Assembly (NCBI GenBank): GCA_043809585.1
Contig: JBDROZ010000058.1
Location: 1-42,752, forward strand
Direction: 5' to 3'
Origin: Candidatus Eiseniibacteriota bacterium
GTDB taxonomy: Bacteria > Orphanbacterota > Orphanbacteria > Orphanbacterales > Orphanbacteraceae
DNA length: 42,752 nucleotides
Shown here: positions 1-9,142 of the stretch, piece by piece
How positions within the stretch are numbered: position 1 is the stretch's first letter
How the letters are laid out: the number at the start of each line of letters is the position of its first letter
The notes under the pieces: model-generated
The model's database searches: none
What the model was told of the DNA's origin: nothing
The model's input: the letters and a program-made list of their open reading frames with translations, nothing else
Translations under genes and position numbers: made by a program

Positions 1-1
1 C

Positions 2-1012
2 CGGCCCTTGGGAATTCCCTGTGTTCGCGACCGGGTGGTCCAGCAAGCCGCGTTGATGGTGATCGAGCCGATCTTCGAGGCGGACTTCACGGATGCGAGT
101 TGGGGATTTCGACCGGGGCGGGGCGCACAGAAGGCGGTGGCAGTGGTGAAGCTGCACCTGAACTGTGGACGATCCCAGGTGTGCGATGTGGACATCCGCG
201 CCTACTTCGATTCAATTCCTCACGACAAGCTGATGCAGTGCGTGGCCCGCCGGATCGTGGACCGGAAGGTCCTCGGTCTGATCCGGGCCTGGCTGTCGTG
301 CCTGGTAGAGGAGAAGGGACGCCGGTGGAAGCCGCGTCGGGGAACGCCACAGGGAGGAGTCATCTCACCGCTGTTGGCGAACATCTATCTCCACGAACTG
401 GATGTGACGTGGGAGAGGAGGGGATACACGAGTCGGAGTGGCCCCAATGTGCAACTGGTTCGCTACGCCGATGATCTGGTGCTGCTGACCGACCGGGATG
501 CCGAGTGGGCGATGGACCGCCTGCAGGAGATCCTGTCGGGACTGGAGCTGGAACTGAACGAGGAGAAGAGCCGTGTGGTGTGTGCGGAGCGGGAGACGTT
601 CGACTTCTTGGGCTTCACGTTCCATCGGGTGCGAAAGCGGGGCGGCATGAAACGGATCACGCTGATCTACCCTTCGAAGAAGTCGGAGAAGCGGCTTCGG
701 GCGAAGGTGAAAGCGGTGTTGAATCCGATGGCCCCGGTACGCGTGGCCGAACAGGTCCGGCGGGCGAACGAAATCCTGCGTGGTTGGGTGAACTACTTCC
801 GGATCGGCAACTCCTCCAAGGTCTTCGATCGCATCCGCGAGTACGTGGAGATGCGAACGCGCCGTGTACTTCAACGGAAGGCCCATCGTTATGGGCTTGG
901 CTGGAAGCGCTATAACAGGAGCTTCCTGTATCAAACCCTGGGCATATTCGACGACTATCGGTTGCTCTGGATCAACGCTCCTCTCCTGATTTCCCACAGG
1001 AGAGCCGTGTGA
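2..1012 (+). CDS. ltrA: Group II intron reverse transcriptase/maturase, N-terminally truncated by the window edge, no endonuclease domain
   Basis: Frame begins [42 protein letters not shown]; domain [10 protein letters not shown]. No HNH/Cys-rich C-terminus. Confidence 0.96.
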   Translation, partial: RPLGIPCVRDRVVQQAALMVIEPIFEADFTDASWGFRPGRGAQKAVAVVKLHLNCGRSQVCDVDIRAYFDSIPHDKLMQCVARRIVDRKVLGLIRAWLSCLVEEKGRRWKPRRGTPQGGVISPLLANIYLHELDVTWERRGYTSRSGPNVQLVRYADDLVLLTDRDAEWAMDRLQEILSGLELELNEEKSRVVCAERETFDFLGFTFHRVRKRGGMKRITLIYPSKKSEKRLRAKVKAVLNPMAPVRVAEQVRRANEILRGWVNYFRIGNSSKVFDRIREYVEMRTRRVLQRKAHRYGLGWKRYNRSFLYQTLGIFDDYRLLWINAPLLISHRRAV

Positions 1013-1034
1013 GGGAAAACCTCACGCACGGTTC
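1002..1034 (+). ncRNA. Group II intron catalytic domain V
   Basis: GAGCCGTG-TGAGG-GAAAA-CCTCA-CG-CACGGTTC: AGC triad, two stems, 2-nt bulge, purine loop. Confidence 0.92.
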
Positions 1035-1177
1035 GATGAGGGGATGCTGGAAACGGGATCACGGATCTCCCCAAACGGGCACGAAGGGGGAAACCCCGGA
1101 TACGGCCAAGGGAGACGCCTGACGGGTCACCGCGCCTGTGTCCTACTCTACAGGGCTCCGCATCCCCACCCTCCCGT

Positions 1178-1266
1178 CCTTTCGCAACCAGATACCCCTC
1201 CGCTTCGCTCCGGGAGAATCTGGTACCGAAAGGGGCCCACGCGCGGCACTCAGGACGAACGGGGGG
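1178..1266. repeat. REP-like palindromic repeat family R1, copy 1
   Basis: 89 bp with 7 mismatches to 3041-3129. Internal stems CCTTTCG/CGAAAGG and ACCAGAT/ATCTGGT; ends in CACTCAGGACGAACGGGGGG. Confidence 0.88.
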
Positions 1267-1495
1267 TGGGCGCGGTACCCACGAGATTGGCGACCGACGA
1301 TATACGCAACCAGAAACCCAATTTCCGCTCCCCTCGATTGCCGCGGGAATCCCCTTTCCGCGGTAACTAGGCTGGGGGCTCGGCGCCACGCTCCTTCCCT
1401 GTGGTCGCCGGGTAACCAGGCCAGAACGGAAAGGCCCGGCGATGCCCGGACCTTTCTGCTCCTCCTTTCGCCTGTCGGGGGACGGGCCGAACTGA

Positions 1496-1525
1496 TGGAC
1501 ATGACTAGTCCAGACATGATATAAT
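1496..1525 (+). promoter_or_regulatory. Putative sigma70 promoter
   Basis: TGGACA-N18-TATAAT with extended -10 (TGATATAAT). Confidence 0.5.
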
Positions 1526-1707
1526 ACCTACAAGACACCGCACCTAGAGAGCTTCGCCAAATAGAGTAACGATCCGGGCGCTTGCCCCGCCCCAAGAATA
1601 CGCGCCCGGCCAATCAGCGCCCTGTTGATGTTATCTGCGACGTTCTCTAGCCCGGCATCGGTGCCGCCCAACCCGCCATCGGTAGCCTTCTGCTGAGGGG
1701 GTATGCC

Positions 1708-1821
1708 ATGCGCATTGCCAGTGCTTTCCTGCTTCTCAATCTGCTGATCACGCCACGGGCCCCGCGGAGGAGGCGGCCCCGGAAAGGAGGCTTCGCAGGC
1801 GGCGATCCGAGATCGCAGTAG
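1708..1821 (+). pseudogene. Possible signal-peptide remnant (MRIASAFLLLNLLIT...) truncated by a MITE arm
   Basis: GAGGGGG RBS-like sequence, ATG and a hydrophobic 15-codon stretch that runs directly into MITE arm sequence at 1751 and stops at a TAG inside the arm. Confidence 0.35.
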
Positions 1822-1846
1822 GAGATTTGCGCATAATCCAGGCTAG
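1751..1846 (+). mobile_element. CTAG-bounded MITE family M1, partial copy (arm A only)
   Basis: Near-identical to about 40136-40231 and to the reverse complement of 13200-13291; ends GCATAATCCAGGCTAG. Confidence 0.85.
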
Positions 1847-1920
1847 AGGTGCACGTGAAAGCTCCCCAAGGAACGTGCCGTCGGGCAGGTCATCAGCCGG
1901 TACCAGGAAAGGAGTGCACT

Positions 1921-2892
1921 ATGTCCGAGCGACGATCCATGCAATCCGTGCTTGCTCTGAGTGTAGGATTGACGTTCTTTCCGGCAGCGGCCGGGTATGC
2001 GGACTTTATCGGACTTGATAGGAACGGGGATCTGCTCTGTGATCCTGAAGATATGGCGTACATAGTCGGCCCGGAGGACGTCGGTTCCGTAGACTCGGTC
2101 GATGTTTATCTTGCAGATTTGCCGGCCATCTTTGCCTGGGGTTGCACTTTCTGCGTCAAGGACAAGTCTCTTGTGACGGATGTGTCGTGGACATTCGACA
2201 TTCCTGCTGGCTGGGATGTGGAAGTATTCGAGGACTCGGAAAACGGCGATACTGTGTGGGTATCTCCGTGGGTCATCGCGAACTTCCCGGACCGTCGGTG
2301 CTGGTATGCGAATGCTGCGGACATGCTGACGTCAGACTCGATCTCTGTCTATCCGGTGGCTGTTGCGACCCTGACCTACTCGATTGCCGAGGAGGGGTGC
2401 CTCGGTTTCTTTATTGATGGGGATTTTGGCGGATATTTTTCGGTCGACGGTTTGGAGGGCACTTTCGGAGAACCCGGAGAAACTTGCGATATTTCACCTC
2501 CCGAATTCGGCGTGGTCCGCGTTGTCGGGGAGTTCAACAACTGGGACACGAGTGGCCCGACGATGACCCTAAACGAGTCGTGTGTTTGGGTGGACACGCT
2601 TACGATCCAGGAAGGCTGCTATTACATGAAGTTCCGGACGGGTGATGACTGGGGCGCCGATGACTATGGCGGATGTATACCCGAAGATCCGGGATGTTCG
2701 GCGCCGCCTGCCGGATCCGTTTGTCAGGGAACTGGTGGAGATCCCCCGGCGATCGGTAAGATCCTTTTTCAATCTACGGGCGCTTATGAGTTTCGCCTTG
2801 ATGAGACGAACATGACTTACCAGGTAACCGAGCTAGGTACGACTCGGACGGTGAGCGAGTCGTGGGGGCAGATCAAAAAAATGTTCCACTGA
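1921..2892 (+). CDS. Secreted protein with a SusE/F-like (X25/CBM48-like) starch-binding domain and a C-terminal SWGQIKKMFH tail
   Basis: AAGGAG RBS before ATG 1921 (alternative ATG 1939). Signal-peptide-like N-terminus; VRVVGEFNNWD...MTL...VW...Y.MKFRT...W...YG pattern. Visibly lower GC than neighbouring genes. Confidence 0.7.
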   Translation: MSERRSMQSVLALSVGLTFFPAAAGYADFIGLDRNGDLLCDPEDMAYIVGPEDVGSVDSVDVYLADLPAIFAWGCTFCVKDKSLVTDVSWTFDIPAGWDVEVFEDSENGDTVWVSPWVIANFPDRRCWYANAADMLTSDSISVYPVAVATLTYSIAEEGCLGFFIDGDFGGYFSVDGLEGTFGEPGETCDISPPEFGVVRVVGEFNNWDTSGPTMTLNESCVWVDTLTIQEGCYYMKFRTGDDWGADDYGGCIPEDPGCSAPPAGSVCQGTGGDPPAIGKILFQSTGAYEFRLDETNMTYQVTELGTTRTVSESWGQIKKMFH

Positions 2893-3040
2893 GAGCCCCC
2901 TAAGTGTGCGTGAGTTCTAGCCTCGATCTTGCAGAACCTGCGACCCTGAATTCGGTGGGCGGGAGCCATGGGCCTATTCCTAACCGGGTACCTATTTCCC
3001 TCACCCTGACTACCGTGGGGACCTACGTGCGGTCATAGCC

Positions 3041-3129
3041 CCTTTTGGAACCAGATACCCCTCCGCTTCGCTTCGGGAGAATCTGGTACCGAAAGGGGCC
3101 CGCGCATGTCACTCAGGACGAACGGGGGG
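3041..3129. repeat. REP-like palindromic repeat family R1, copy 2
   Basis: Direct repeat of 1178-1266. Confidence 0.88.
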
Positions 3130-3156
3130 GCGAGCGGTCGGTGGTTTTGGATTCCC

Positions 3157-3206
3157 TGGATCCCCCCGCCCCCCGCCTGCGCGGGGGCAGGCTCCGCGGG
3201 GATGAC
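3157..3206. repeat. REP-like hairpin (TGGATCCCC...CGCGGGGATGAC type)
   Basis: Nested palindrome CCCCCGC-CTGC-GCGGGGG closed by ...CGCGGGGATGAC, a shape typical of REP half-elements. Confidence 0.5.
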
Positions 3207-3521
3207 AATTATGTGGCCCCGTACGCCCTCTCCCCTCGGCACTCCTTGCTGATCATTCAGAACCACGGGCGGGTGGCCGCGACAGGAGTCTACGAGGAGC
3301 GCAGCCACCAAGCGCCGGATCCCGACCAACGGCATGTCATGGGAAACGAAAGGTGCGGTTCACGTCCAGTGGACCACGAAAGCCATCGCGCGACTGCCGA
3401 GCACCGCAGTGGACAGGAGCGGTCAGGACCCGCCCGTACTCTACCGTGTCCCGCCGGGAAAGCCCCAGAGGGCCTCAGGCCCTGCCCGTGCATAGACCTA
3501 GCAGACGACTCCCGCCCGCCT

Positions 3522-4565
3522 CTACTCCGCGCACTGGAGCGCGGCCGGCCTCTCCGCCAGCCGGCGTATCGTCGAGTCGGGGACGTCTTTCGTGAAGGAC
3601 GTTTCGGCGAAGCTCCTCTTCATGAGGGCGTAGTTCGCCTCCGCCGTCCAGGGGACCAACTTGTCCGTCACGTCCCCCTGCTCCGATCCCCCCATGTCGA
3701 CCATGAGAACCGGCGCCGAGCAGTCGAAGTCGATCCGCGAGAGATTGATGGAGCGGACTTGGGGCGCGCTCCGCGTGCGAAAGCGGATGGTTCCGCCGGC
3801 GACGTCGTAGACGATCCGCCACGCGTTGTACTCCTCCATGGCGCAGTCGTCTAGGATTCCGAACGCCTCCTGCGGCCCGCCCCCTTCGCCCGACCGGAGC
3901 GAGGCCCGGCAGAAACGCTCCAGCGACCCCGGCCCCGGAAACGCCTCCGGGCCGACCGCCTTCGGCGCCTCGCCCAGGCGGGCAAGGGACCGGTCGTAGG
4001 TGTCGTTCGTGAGAACCGGCCAGGGGAGGTCCTTCCCCGTGTGGGCGACCATCCGGCCCTCCAGAAACTCGATCGTCGCCGCGGCCCCCGACCGGTCGGC
4101 CGCGAGAAAATGGAGCGGCGCGCCTCCCTGCCCGATTCGCACCACCCGGTCCGAGGCGATCACCTCATTCACCGTCGCCGAGACATCCAAATTGTACTGA
4201 ATCCACGCGAGGGGGGAGAGGGCGGCGCGCCCGTCCTCCTCCGGATATTCCGCCTCCTCCAGCCACATCACCTCGATCACGAGGCCCGCCTCGTTGATTC
4301 CCCCCGAAGGACGCTCCCGGCCGTACTGGTTGAACGTCACGCTCCCGTACCGGGCGGTCCAGGCATGAGACCCCGCGCCGCCCGCTCTCTTCTCGAGACC
4401 CCGCGGATTGACCAGCACCTGCCCCGCGTCCGCCGTCCAGTCGTAGTTCTTCCCGACCACCGGCCCCTCCGGCCCCTCCATGACGAAGGTGGTGCACGGG
4501 AAAGCGGGGGCGGAGAGAATCACCGCCAGTACGGCTCCGCGGATCAGTAGTCTTGCGGCGTTCAT
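3522..4565 (-). CDS. Linear amide C-N hydrolase (choloylglycine hydrolase/penicillin V acylase family), exported
   Basis: Signal peptide followed by the Ntn nucleophile CTTF; GKNYDW; GINEAGL; PGPGSLERF. Confidence 0.88.
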   Translation of the reverse strand: MNAARLLIRGAVLAVILSAPAFPCTTFVMEGPEGPVVGKNYDWTADAGQVLVNPRGLEKRAGGAGSHAWTARYGSVTFNQYGRERPSGGINEAGLVIEVMWLEEAEYPEEDGRAALSPLAWIQYNLDVSATVNEVIASDRVVRIGQGGAPLHFLAADRSGAAATIEFLEGRMVAHTGKDLPWPVLTNDTYDRSLARLGEAPKAVGPEAFPGPGSLERFCRASLRSGEGGGPQEAFGILDDCAMEEYNAWRIVYDVAGGTIRFRTRSAPQVRSINLSRIDFDCSAPVLMVDMGGSEQGDVTDKLVPWTAEANYALMKRSFAETSFTKDVPDSTIRRLAERPAALQCAE

Positions 4566-4653
4566 GGGAACAAACCTCCAGGATGTCGGGGACGCAGTTC
4601 CGCCCTTTCCGTTACTCGCGACAACGGACGCATCGGCACTACGTCCCTGCCTT

Positions 4654-6339
4654 CTACGGACCCTTCTGCTGGATCTTCGCCCACGTGTCGCGGAGCGAGA
4701 CCGTGCGGTTGAAGACGAGCATCTCCGGGGTCGTGTCCGGGTCGACTGAGAAGTACCCCTGCCGTTCGAACTGGAACCGGTCTCCGGGGGCGGCGTCCTT
4801 CAGGAACGGCTCCACCCGGCACTCCCGGAGGACTTCGATGGAGTCCGGGTTCAGGTTGTCGAGAAACGAACACCCCTCCGGGGTTTCGTTCGGGTCCTCC
4901 TTCGCGAAGAGCCGGTCGTAAAGCCGGACCTCCGCGGGAAGCCCGTGATCCGCCGAGACCCAGTGAAGAGTCGCCTTCACCTTCCGGCCGTCCGGGGAGT
5001 CGCCGCCCCGTGTCTCCGGGTCGTAGGTGCAGCGAAGCTCGACGACTTCGCCCTTGTCGTCCTTCACCACATCCGTGCAGGTGATGAAGAAGGCGTAGCG
5101 GAGCCGCACTTCACGGCCCGGCGCGAGGCGGAAGAACTTCTTCGGCGGTTCCTCCATGAAATCCTCCCTCTCGATGTAGATCTCCCGAGAGAAGGGGACC
5201 GGCCGGATTCCGGCGTCGGGGTTTTCCGGGTTGTTCACCGCCTCCAGCATCTCCGTCGCGCCTTCGGGGTAGTTCTCGATCACCACCTTGAGGGGGCGGA
5301 GGACCGCCATCACCCTCTGGGCCCGCCGGTTCAGGTCCTCCCGGAGGCAGTGCTCGAGGAGCGCCACGTCGACGGTGCTCTCCCGCTTCGCGAGGCCGAC
5401 CCGGTCGACCAACTCCCGGATCGATTCGGGGGTGAAGCCCCGCCGCCGGTGGCCGGAGAGCGTCGGCATCCGCGGGTCGTCCCACCCCGAGACATGCCCC
5501 TCGTCGACGAGCTGCTTCAGCTTCCGCTTCGAGAGGAGCGTGTAGGTGAGGTTCAACCGCGCGAACTCGATTTGTCTCGACCGGTAGGCGCCGAGGTTCT
5601 CGAGGAACCAGTCGTAGAGGGGACGGTGCCCCTCGAACTCGAGAGTGCAGAGGGAGTGGGTGATCTCCTCGATCGAATCGGACTGGCCGTGGGCCCAGTC
5701 GTAGGTCGGGTAGATGCACCAGGCGTCTCCGGTCCGGTGGTGCTTCGCCCTGAGGATCCGGTACATGATCGGGTCCCGCATGTTGATATTGCCGTGGGCC
5801 ATGTCGATCTTGGCCCGGAGCGTGCGCGACCCGTCCGGGAACTCGCCCGCCCGCATGCGGCGAAAGAGATCGAGGTTCTCCTCCGGCGTGCGGCTCCGGT
5901 GCGGGCTCTCCCGTCCCGGCTCGGTGAGCGTACCCCGATGCTCCCGGATTTCCCCCGGCGTCAGGTCGCAGACGAAGGCCTTCCCCTTCCGGATCAGCTC
6001 CTCCGCCCACTCGTAGAGCCTCTCGAAGTAATCGGAGGCGTAGTGGATGCGGTCCTCCCAGTCGTAGCCGAGCCAGCGGATGTCCTCCTGGATCGACCGG
6101 ACGTACTCTTCTTCCTCTTTGATCGGATTGGTGTCGTCGAAACGGAGATTGCAGGTCCCGCCCCGTTCCTTCGCGATGTCGAAGTTGAGGCAAATCGCCT
6201 TGGCGTGACCGATGTGCAGGTATCCGTTCGGCTCCGGGGGAAAACGGGTCCGGATGCGGTCGTGTTTGCCCGTCTCGAGATCGCCCGCGATGATCTCGCG
6301 GATGAAGTCCCGGGGGGGAGCGGTCTCGCCCGTGCTCAT
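4654..6339 (-). CDS. glnS: Glutamine--tRNA ligase
   Basis: [57 protein letters not shown]. Confidence 0.98.
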   Translation of the reverse strand: MSTGETAPPRDFIREIIAGDLETGKHDRIRTRFPPEPNGYLHIGHAKAICLNFDIAKERGGTCNLRFDDTNPIKEEEEYVRSIQEDIRWLGYDWEDRIHYASDYFERLYEWAEELIRKGKAFVCDLTPGEIREHRGTLTEPGRESPHRSRTPEENLDLFRRMRAGEFPDGSRTLRAKIDMAHGNINMRDPIMYRILRAKHHRTGDAWCIYPTYDWAHGQSDSIEEITHSLCTLEFEGHRPLYDWFLENLGAYRSRQIEFARLNLTYTLLSKRKLKQLVDEGHVSGWDDPRMPTLSGHRRRGFTPESIRELVDRVGLAKRESTVDVALLEHCLREDLNRRAQRVMAVLRPLKVVIENYPEGATEMLEAVNNPENPDAGIRPVPFSREIYIEREDFMEEPPKKFFRLAPGREVRLRYAFFITCTDVVKDDKGEVVELRCTYDPETRGGDSPDGRKVKATLHWVSADHGLPAEVRLYDRLFAKEDPNETPEGCSFLDNLNPDSIEVLRECRVEPFLKDAAPGDRFQFERQGYFSVDPDTTPEMLVFNRTVSLRDTWAKIQQKGP

Positions 6340-6490
6340 CGGCGGCGTTCTCCTCTTCGATCGAAGGTGGATGGAGTCCTTCCCCCTCCCGGCGGCGCCG
6401 GGTGGGGTGCCCTGAATATACCCCAGAGGCCAGGGCCAGCGCGACCCCGATCACTCCCCGGCCCCCTCCCCGCCCATCAACGAAGGGGGA

Positions 6491-8155
6491 TCATCGGAAG
6501 GGCACGTGCTCCCGGGAGAAGTACTCTTCCGTCATCGCCCGGATCTTCGGGAGAAGAACGACGATGGCGATCAGGTTCGGGAGCGCCATCAGGCCGAGGG
6601 CGATGTCGCCGAAGCCCCAGACGAGCTCGAGGGGGAAGATCGCCCCGAGGAAGTGCATGACCAGGTAGAGGAGCTTGTAGGGGAGGACGTACTTCGGGCC
6701 CGCGAGGTAGACCGTTGCCCGGTCGCCGTAGTAGGACCAGCTGATCGCCGTCGAGATCCCGAAGAGAAAGACCGCGAGGGTGACGATGAAGTGGCCCCGT
6801 CCGCCGAGGAAGGGGAGCCCCTCGTCGAACGCCCACGCCGTCAGGGGGGACCCGTTCTGGGCCATGGCCCCGGCGAGCCGGAGGGGTCTTCCGGGATCCT
6901 GGATGTTCCCCCCGTCGGCGACCAATGTCCCCTCGAAGGGGTCTCCGCCCTCGGTGAGGACCGCCGCGTTCTCCACGAGGGAGTGGTTCCGGACGAATCG
7001 GACCCCCTTCGCCTCCCCCCGCTCGACGCGAACCTGTCCCGTGACGAGATGGTCCTCTCCGATGCGGGCGTTCTTTCCGACGTCGGCGTCCCCCCGGACC
7101 AGGGTGATGGCCGCCTGGGGGTTGATCTCGACAATCTCCGGACGGCGCTCCTTCCAGACGCCCGTCGTGAGGATGACGAGGCCGGTCAGCGTGCAGATCA
7201 CGAGGGTGTCGATGAAGGGCCCCACCATGGCGACGACGCCCTCCCGGACCGGCTCCTTCGTTTTGGCCGCGGCGTGGGCGATCGGCGCCGAGCCCTGGCC
7301 CGATTCGTTCGAGAAGAGTCCCCGCTTCACGCCCCAGGTCAGGAGGAAGATGAACCCGCCGCCGGCGAACCCGCCCACCTTCGCCGCCGGCTGGAAGGCG
7401 GAGCGGACGATCTCCGCGAGCACGGCCGGAACCTGCGAGAAGCCGGCGAGAAGCACGAGCAGGGCTCCGGCCACGTAGGTCACCGCCATGAGCGGGGCGA
7501 GGCGGCTCGTCACCTCGCCGATCCGCCGGATCCCGCCGAGAATCACGGCTCCGACCAGGGCGACCATCCCCACGCCGGTGAGCCAGGTCGGCACGCCGAG
7601 ATCCGCCCGGAACTGGTCCGCCACCGTGAAGGCCTGCACCGCGTTCCCCGATCCGAAACTGGAGACCACCGCGCAGAGGGCGAAGAAGACGGCGACGGGC
7701 TTCCAGGAACGGCCGAGCCCGCGCTCGATGTAGTACATGGGCCCCCCCGAAGCCTCGCCGCTCGGAAGGATCGCCCGGTACCGCATGGAGAGGGTGCACT
7801 CGGCGTACTTGAGGGCCATGCCGAAGACGGCGGTCACCCACATCCAGAAAAGGGCCCCCGGCCCGCCGTAATGGATCGCCGTCGCGACCCCCGCGATGTT
7901 CCCGATGCCCACCGTGGCGGAGAGGGCCGTGGTGAGGGCCTGGAAGTGGGTGATGTCCCCTTCGTCTTCGGGGTTGTCGTACTTCCCGCGGATCACCTGG
8001 ATGCCGTGGGCGAACCGCCGGACCTGGATCCAGCCGAGGGCGAAGGTCGTGACGAGCCCCGTGCCGATCAGGATCAGAACGAGAAGGGGGGCGGCGTCGG
8101 GCCACCCCCACACGATCCCGGACAGGCCGAAGACGATCTCCCGAAGACGGTCCAT
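6491..8155 (-). CDS. Sodium:alanine/glycine symporter (AGCS family) with an inserted soluble loop
   Basis: FQAL..ALSATVGIGNIAGVA, GGPGALFWMW, GGPMYYI, RGLFSNESGQGSAPIAHAAA, PFIDTLVICT, LMALPNL. Confidence 0.95.
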   Translation of the reverse strand: MDRLREIVFGLSGIVWGWPDAAPLLVLILIGTGLVTTFALGWIQVRRFAHGIQVIRGKYDNPEDEGDITHFQALTTALSATVGIGNIAGVATAIHYGGPGALFWMWVTAVFGMALKYAECTLSMRYRAILPSGEASGGPMYYIERGLGRSWKPVAVFFALCAVVSSFGSGNAVQAFTVADQFRADLGVPTWLTGVGMVALVGAVILGGIRRIGEVTSRLAPLMAVTYVAGALLVLLAGFSQVPAVLAEIVRSAFQPAAKVGGFAGGGFIFLLTWGVKRGLFSNESGQGSAPIAHAAAKTKEPVREGVVAMVGPFIDTLVICTLTGLVILTTGVWKERRPEIVEINPQAAITLVRGDADVGKNARIGEDHLVTGQVRVERGEAKGVRFVRNHSLVENAAVLTEGGDPFEGTLVADGGNIQDPGRPLRLAGAMAQNGSPLTAWAFDEGLPFLGGRGHFIVTLAVFLFGISTAISWSYYGDRATVYLAGPKYVLPYKLLYLVMHFLGAIFPLELVWGFGDIALGLMALPNLIAIVVLLPKIRAMTEEYFSREHVPFR

Positions 8156-8200
8156 CTTTCCCCGCGTCGCCCCTCGTGATGCCGTCTCGCCGCCGCGAGA

Positions 8201-9142
8201 CTACCTAGGCTGGCGCCCCTTCAGGTACCGGAAAAACTCCGTGTCCGTTCCCGTGATGAGCCACGACTTCTCGTCGAGGGTCGTCATGTACGACTCGAGG
8301 GTCGCGAGGAAGGAGTAGAAGTCGGGGTCCTTATTGTAGGCGGCCGCGTAGATCGCCGTCGCCTCGGCGTCCGCTTTCCCCCGGACTTCCTCCGCCTGCC
8401 GGTACGCCTCGGAGAGGATCTTCTTCAGTTCCTTCTCCTTTTCGCCGCGGATCTCGGCGCTCTGCCCGCGCCCCTCGGAGCGGGACTTCTCGGCGATGCG
8501 GAGACGCTCGGAGATCATCCGGTCGTAGACCTTCTTGCGGACGTTTTCCACATAGTTGATCCGTTTGATGCGAACGTCGACCAGTTCGATGCCGTAGCCG
8601 AAGGTGATCGCTGAAGCCTTTTCCAGAACCATCCGGGAAATCCGCTCCCGTCCCACGTTGATCCGGACGTCCACCCGGTCCTCTCCGACCGTCTCCGTGT
8701 CGATTTCGCGCTGCATCTCACGGTTCGAGGCGCGCACCACCTCGATCAGGGGGTAGTTCGCGACGGCGTTCCGGGTCTCTCCGTCCAGGATGTCGTCAAG
8801 CCGGGATTGGGCGCCCCGCTCGTCCCGTACGCTCTGGAAGAAGAGAAGGGGGTCGGAGATCCGCCAACGCGCGTATGTGTCGACCCAGATGTACTTCTTG
8901 TCGCTCGTCGGAATCTGGTTCGGTGAGCCGTCCCACTCGAGCCAGCGCTTCTCGAACCGGTTCGCCTTCTGGACGAAGGGGGTCTTGAAGTGGAGCCCCG
9001 CTTCGGAGATCGCGGCGCCCACGGGCTTCCCGAACTGCGTGATGATGACCTGCTCCGTCTCGTTCACCACGTAGAGGCCGCTCGAGATCACGAGGAGAAG
9101 GAGGACCATGGCAACGAGGCCGATCACTTGGGTCGGTTTCAT
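8201..9142 (-). CDS. hflC: Protease modulator HflC
   Basis: N-terminal TM, QFGKP...GLHFK.PF, DKK.I.VD.YARWRI.DP, RMISER, YSFL..LESY; ATGA overlap with hflK. Confidence 0.95.
   Translation of the reverse strand: MKPTQVIGLVAMVLLLLVISSGLYVVNETEQVIITQFGKPVGAAISEAGLHFKTPFVQKANRFEKRWLEWDGSPNQIPTSDKKYIWVDTYARWRISDPLLFFQSVRDERGAQSRLDDILDGETRNAVANYPLIEVVRASNREMQREIDTETVGEDRVDVRINVGRERISRMVLEKASAITFGYGIELVDVRIKRINYVENVRKKVYDRMISERLRIAEKSRSEGRGQSAEIRGEKEKELKKILSEAYRQAEEVRGKADAEATAIYAAAYNKDPDFYSFLATLESYMTTLDEKSWLITGTDTEFFRYLKGRQPR

Larger units (their letters stand above)
1..1151 (+). mobile_element. Group II intron, 3' part (5' end lies upstream of the window); long DVI resembles bacterial class E/F
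   Basis: RT/maturase ORF, then DV at 1002-1034, then a long DVI (GATGAGGGGATGCTGGAAACGG...CACCGCGCCTGTGTCCTACTCTAC) ending in the typical ...CTACTCTAC terminus at 1151. Class assignment is from motif resemblance only. Confidence 0.92.

Noticed and set aside
2-1012. RT as part of a DGR, retron or CRISPR-associated system
   Set aside because: Domain X and adjacent DV/DVI identify a group II intron. No TR/VR pair, msr-msd or cas genes were seen.
3400-3446. GTACTCTAC resembling a second group II intron 3' end
   Set aside because: No domain V or DVI stem upstream.
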